11,819 nt of DNA. Source: Ascoidea asiatica JCM 7603 (Eukaryota; Fungi; Ascomycota). The position numbers and the translations under genes are program-made. Under the pieces are notes generated by a model. That model did not search any database and was not told the DNA's origin. It worked only from the letters and a program-made list of their open reading frames with translations. Of this stretch, positions 7,972 through 11,819 are shown piece by piece. Where the stretch lies: assembly GCA_001600695.1 (NCBI GenBank), contig BCKQ01000050.1, positions 1 to 11,819 of the forward strand, read 5' to 3'. Every line of letters begins with the position of its first letter. Position 1 is the stretch's first letter.

Positions 7972-8062
7972 AATAAAATAATACCATCAACAAATCTCTG
8001 CTCTTCAACCCTACCGACTTAACTAACTACTATTTTTTTTAAAATATTCAAGCAAGCCAGAT

Positions 8063-8100
8063 TGTTTCACTTGATTACAATTCACAGAATGAATGTTTCA
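8063..8100 (-). promoter_or_regulatory. Two tandem Ste12 pheromone-response-element matches (TGAAACA) upstream of MATalpha2
   Basis: TGTTTCA on + at 8063-8069 and 8094-8100, same orientation, 31 bp apart. This is an AT-rich 7-mer, so chance matches are possible. Confidence 0.3.
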
Positions 8101-8944
8101 AATCATAGGATGGTAACATCAAAATAAAACGCTAAGAATAAATCAAATTTTTTTATCTTACTAATTAATAAATATTTATAGATCAATTCAAAGCAAACGA
8201 ATATAGCTTAGGTTATATGAGTATAATATCTTCTTTGTCCTCTATAACTGCTTTTACCAAAAAAAAGGCTTCTGAAGAAGGCTTGCTCAAATGGAATATT
8301 TGGTTCACCCATGTTTTATTTTTCAAAATGTATCAAATAAACTACCAGATATTTAAAGATTTTGTAATGTTCCAAGAAAAAAGTGAAAAAATGTTTGAAT
8401 GAACTCATGAATATTTCAAAGTATAAGTCTATTACCTTGTTTAAATTCTGCTTAGCATTATTTTACTTACATAAGGTAAACTTTCGAAAATTCAACGGAT
8501 TATATTTATATCCTATACAAGACAAAAGACCAAGAAATTGATAAGCTATACTCTGTAAATCATTGAAGTTGAAATTTTAAAACTTAAAAACAAATCACTC
8601 AAAAAATTGAAAATCGCTTAAATTCCAAACTTTATTTATAGTGATAGCGCATTAGAATTTTGAAGCATTTTCATTTTTTTGGAGATAGCTTTATTTTGTC
8701 TCTCAAAACTTCAAACTAATAGATTTTTTTCATTCAATCACTTGAACCCAAACTCAGCCTTACCATTTAAGCAAATTATATTTAGTATAGGTTCACTTAT
8801 TAAATGACATTCTGTGGAAATTAGCGTAAATTAAACCAGTTAGCCAAATCCTCATTAACTTGTTTATTTCCCAAAGCATTATAGAACCATGAGGAAACTT
8901 ACAACCAGCAATCTATCTAATAATAAGGCTTTCAACTATAAAAA

Positions 8945-11137
8945 TCAAATACCTTCTAATTCTTCTTGTTTGATGGAGTTAGATAGTTCTACCAAAGGAG
9001 ATAGTGATTCACAAGCATCTGCCTGTAAAATAAATGGATCCTTCAAAGCTTCCTCTGCTGAAAGCCTCTGATCAACATCCACTTCTAAAATTTGGTCTAA
9101 AAAATGTTGTAAAACAATTGAAATTTTGGTGTCAGACTTTAATTTAGGGGTACCAACCGTTGCAATTAAATAGAGAGCACGTAAAGGTGCTTCGTTCAAA
9201 TAAGGAGGCTCCCCCTCAATCATCTCAATAGTCATTATCCCCAAAGACCAAATATCAACTTTGGGTCCATACTCTTTCATGGTAACAACTTCAGGAGACA
9301 TCCAATAAGGAGTACCAACTAATGTATTTCTTTTCTGCTTCAATTCATTTATTTGTGCACAAAATCCGAAATCAGTTAATTTTATTTTTCCTTCTAAAGA
9401 TAATAAAATATTATCTGATTTTATATCCCGATGTATAACCCCGTTTCTATGTAGGAACAGCAATCCATTTAAAGTCTCTCTGCATATGGCTCCTATTTGA
9501 CCCTCGGATAAAAAACTTTGAGTAACAATATCCGTTAATGATCCCCCTTCCATATATTCCATAACAACCCAAAGAATGCCATTCTGTATATGTGAGTTAA
9601 TGAAATTAACTATGTTTCTGTGCTTCAAAGTTTTCATAACCAAAATCTCGTTGACAATTAGCTCCTTTTTTGGCTGTGCTTGAAGCCTCATTTTTTTGAT
9701 AGCAAGAAATTTTCCATCAGTAATTCGACGAGCTGTATAAACAAAGCCAGAAGCGCCTTGCCCGATTTTTTTTAGTTCCGAATAAGCAACTGAAGGATCT
9801 TCCGGCGAGCATATATTTTTAAGCTGAGAATATAAAGTCGTTAAGTCTTTTTCATTCTCTTCTTTTCTATTTATTACCTTTGAAACTTTTTGAGATGGAT
9901 CTTTTTCAAGGTTAGCTTTAGGATTAGTCTTAGGAAAACTTACTTTAGGCAGTTTATCTGAAATGTAGTTTTCTGGTTTTAGCTTACTAGCTGTACTAGA
10001 GCCTTCTTCTTCAACAAAATTTGTGGGAACGTCTTTCAGTATTGCATGCTTGTTGACAGTAAACGCATTACTATCAGAGCTTGTCAGGCTTGTTATTGGA
10101 GGTTTAGGCGCAGGCCTGCTAGGAAAAAATTGATCAGACTTCCTATTAACATCCATGAAAGTATTTGCATTCTTCAAATTCCTTGTTAATTTCAAGGAGC
10201 TATTCTTGAAATGAGAATTCGGGTTTTGGGCTCGAAGATTCAGAGTAAGGAGTACAGCATCTGAGGATTTAGTATGAGGGGCAAAACAATTTTCATTCCT
10301 CAAAATTTCGCCGCTTTGTCTTTTATCGAATCTGTAATTTTCTTGTTGAATTGCTAAAAATGATTCACTCTCCTCAGGCCGGTTGGAATATTGATAAAAT
10401 TTGACAATTTCTTTGATTTCTTTTGGATGAAGCAACTGTTCCTTCCTACTTATGCCACTTTTTGTTAAAACATTTTCCCACTCTATAGGTAGACCCGTAA
10501 GTTTTCCAGTTGCAGAATCAACTCCTACATGTGCTACATGTTCATATTTAAAGGGCCTTGATATTTCTCTAATGGATTCATTTGAGTAAGGATCGGAAGA
10601 GCTTGACATAAGTGATCCCCTATTAAAGTTTTTGAATGGCTGTTTGTAATTTTTGGATCCAGGATGAGATCTTGATCTCTGACCTTTGGCTTGAGAATCT
10701 GAAAATATATCTTCTTTTGCCGAATGAGCACTCTGATTAGAAAAGTTCTTTTTGAGATATTTAGAAGATGTGTCTACCACATTTACATTAGCATTTAAAT
10801 TGTGCATTAATTTAGACCATGGATATTTAGCCTTGTTATTTATTAATTTATGATTGCCAACTTTATCATAATTGCATTCATCAAGAACTTTGAATACCAA
10901 TGGATTTGTTGAAAACACTAAGTTCGGTGATGAAATTATATGTCCACCAGAACTTTTAAAATTTTCAGTGTTAGCAGCCATGTGGGACCCATTTAAAGAA
11001 GAAATGGATGTACGATTGCGATTATTTTCAATCAGCAGTGACTGATTAGTAGACGTATTTATAATACAATCAGAGGATAAGGAAGAATTGGACAGTGACA
11101 ATGCTGCTTTAAAATGTATAGGGTCATCTAAGTTCAT
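8945..11137 (-). CDS. STE20: Ste20-type p21-activated (PAK) Ser/Thr kinase, 730 aa
   Basis: CRIB/PBD: ISRPFKYEHVAHVGVD...TGLPIEWENVL. Pro-rich RPAPKPP. Kinase motifs: IGQGASG, AIKKM, QPKKELIVNEILVMK, HRDIKSDNILL, DFGFCA, GTPYWMSPE. C-terminal G-beta(Ste4)-binding motif SLSPLV. No PH domain before the CRIB, so Ste20 rather than Cla4. Confidence 0.95.
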   Translation of the reverse strand: MNLDDPIHFKAALSLSNSSLSSDCIINTSTNQSLLIENNRNRTSISSLNGSHMAANTENFKSSGGHIISSPNLVFSTNPLVFKVLDECNYDKVGNHKLINNKAKYPWSKLMHNLNANVNVVDTSSKYLKKNFSNQSAHSAKEDIFSDSQAKGQRSRSHPGSKNYKQPFKNFNRGSLMSSSSDPYSNESIREISRPFKYEHVAHVGVDSATGKLTGLPIEWENVLTKSGISRKEQLLHPKEIKEIVKFYQYSNRPEESESFLAIQQENYRFDKRQSGEILRNENCFAPHTKSSDAVLLTLNLRAQNPNSHFKNSSLKLTRNLKNANTFMDVNRKSDQFFPSRPAPKPPITSLTSSDSNAFTVNKHAILKDVPTNFVEEEGSSTASKLKPENYISDKLPKVSFPKTNPKANLEKDPSQKVSKVINRKEENEKDLTTLYSQLKNICSPEDPSVAYSELKKIGQGASGFVYTARRITDGKFLAIKKMRLQAQPKKELIVNEILVMKTLKHRNIVNFINSHIQNGILWVVMEYMEGGSLTDIVTQSFLSEGQIGAICRETLNGLLFLHRNGVIHRDIKSDNILLSLEGKIKLTDFGFCAQINELKQKRNTLVGTPYWMSPEVVTMKEYGPKVDIWSLGIMTIEMIEGEPPYLNEAPLRALYLIATVGTPKLKSDTKISIVLQHFLDQILEVDVDQRLSAEEALKDPFILQADACESLSPLVELSNSIKQEELEGI

Positions 11138-11367
11138 TTTGAGTATATAATTTTCGAAGTCTAGAACCTTTCTTTGACAAGCTTTCTGATAGAATTTGAA
11201 AAAGCTATTTTATAAATGCAGTTGCAATCAAAGTTTCATTATTACTCAAATAAAAAACTTGAGGATTGGTTTTTTCCAGTAAGTACACTGGAAAAAATAG
11301 GTGTTGATTTATTAGGTTCAGAAGCTTTTAATTGTTGTTTTCATTGTGATAACAGTCGATATTATAT

Positions 11368-11375
11368 ATCACGTG
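11368..11375 (+). promoter_or_regulatory. RTCACGTG E-box upstream of STE20 (in a probable divergent promoter)
   Basis: ATCACGTG 231 bp upstream of the STE20 ATG. TATAAAA on the minus strand at 11214-11208. Confidence 0.4.
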
Positions 11376-11627
11376 CTCAATTACCTTTCTGTAACCGCCT
11401 GCTACGATAGTTGCTGACTTAACGAAAGCTGGTGACCGGGTATTATGCTCAATGTGTCCCGGTGGTATTTTAAATTCTTATTACAAGGAGCTTCACAGTT
11501 CTCATGAAAAAAAATCAAAGACTCTTTCAGTAATAAAGCTGACGAAACTCCTTTTATTTATATTTGAGGTAAATATTCTCATTTATATCACAGTAATCCT
11601 AGTCTTGCAAAGCCTTTTTTTTTTCCA

Positions 11628-11819
11628 ATGAATGATAATTTTAATAGTAAAAGTATAAAACTTGGTGAGGAAGAAGAATTTCTGGGTAACCAAATTATAT
11701 CAGATGATGAAATATCATGGATTTTAACAGAAATTTTTGATAAAAGAGATAATTATTTAAATTTAGATTCGAATAATTCTTTAAATGATAATAAACAAAA
11801 TTCTTTAAAAAATGATATT
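11628..11819 (+). CDS. 5' part of an unidentified gene running off the window (not in the ORF track)
   Basis: ATG at 11628, then 64 uninterrupted codons to the window edge: MNDNFNSKSIKLGEEEEFXGNQIISDDEISWILTEIFDKRDNYLNLDSNNSLNDNKQNSLKNDI (X=CTG). Asn/Asp-rich with strongly A/T-ending codons, preceded by a poly(T) tract. Confidence 0.5.
   Translation, partial: MNDNFNSKSIKLGEEEEFLGNQIISDDEISWILTEIFDKRDNYLNLDSNNSLNDNKQNSLKNDI

Noticed and set aside
7962-8060. GTCACGTG as CDEI of a point centromere
   Set aside because: There is no uniform >90% AT CDEII followed by a convincing CDEIII at the expected spacing. The position fits an alpha2 promoter element better.
7802-8420. 14-bp inverted match ATGAATATTTCAAA (alpha2 start versus 8407-8420)
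   Set aside because: The match does not extend, and AT-rich 14-mers of this kind are expected by chance in a 12-kb AT-rich window.
8945-11137. CLA4/SKM1 as the kinase identity
   Set aside because: No PH domain precedes the CRIB, and the C-terminal SLSPLV G-beta-binding motif and kinase signatures fit Ste20.
8217-11410. Short ORFs 8217-8402, 8889-9071, 10534-10731 and 11216-11410
   Set aside because: 60-65 aa with no recognisable features. Two overlap STE20 and the others lie in promoter regions, consistent with chance.

Overview
AT-rich budding-yeast (Saccharomycotina) DNA containing a mating-type alpha locus. The gene order is: a 5'-truncated unknown ORF (+), an AGE1-type BAR-PH-ArfGAP-ankyrin gene (-), MATalpha1 (alpha-box, +), MATalpha2 (homeodomain, -), a STE20 PAK kinase (-), and the start of an unknown ORF (+). 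The ORF track misses most of MATalpha2. I reconstructed it by hand as a 6-exon, 5-intron gene encoding 207 aa. Three of its introns need AAG 3' splice sites, and a 15-nt micro-exon carries the DNA-recognition residues. The main points of interest are the alpha1/alpha2 pair being convergent and sandwiched between a divergent STE20 and AGE1 (possible idiomorph-resident signalling genes), splicing features in alpha2 that could act as a switch, an Mcm1-interaction-like motif in alpha2, and CTG codon contexts suggesting a non-Leu (probably Ser) CUG code. Comparisons to S. cerevisiae proteins are from memory, not from a database search.
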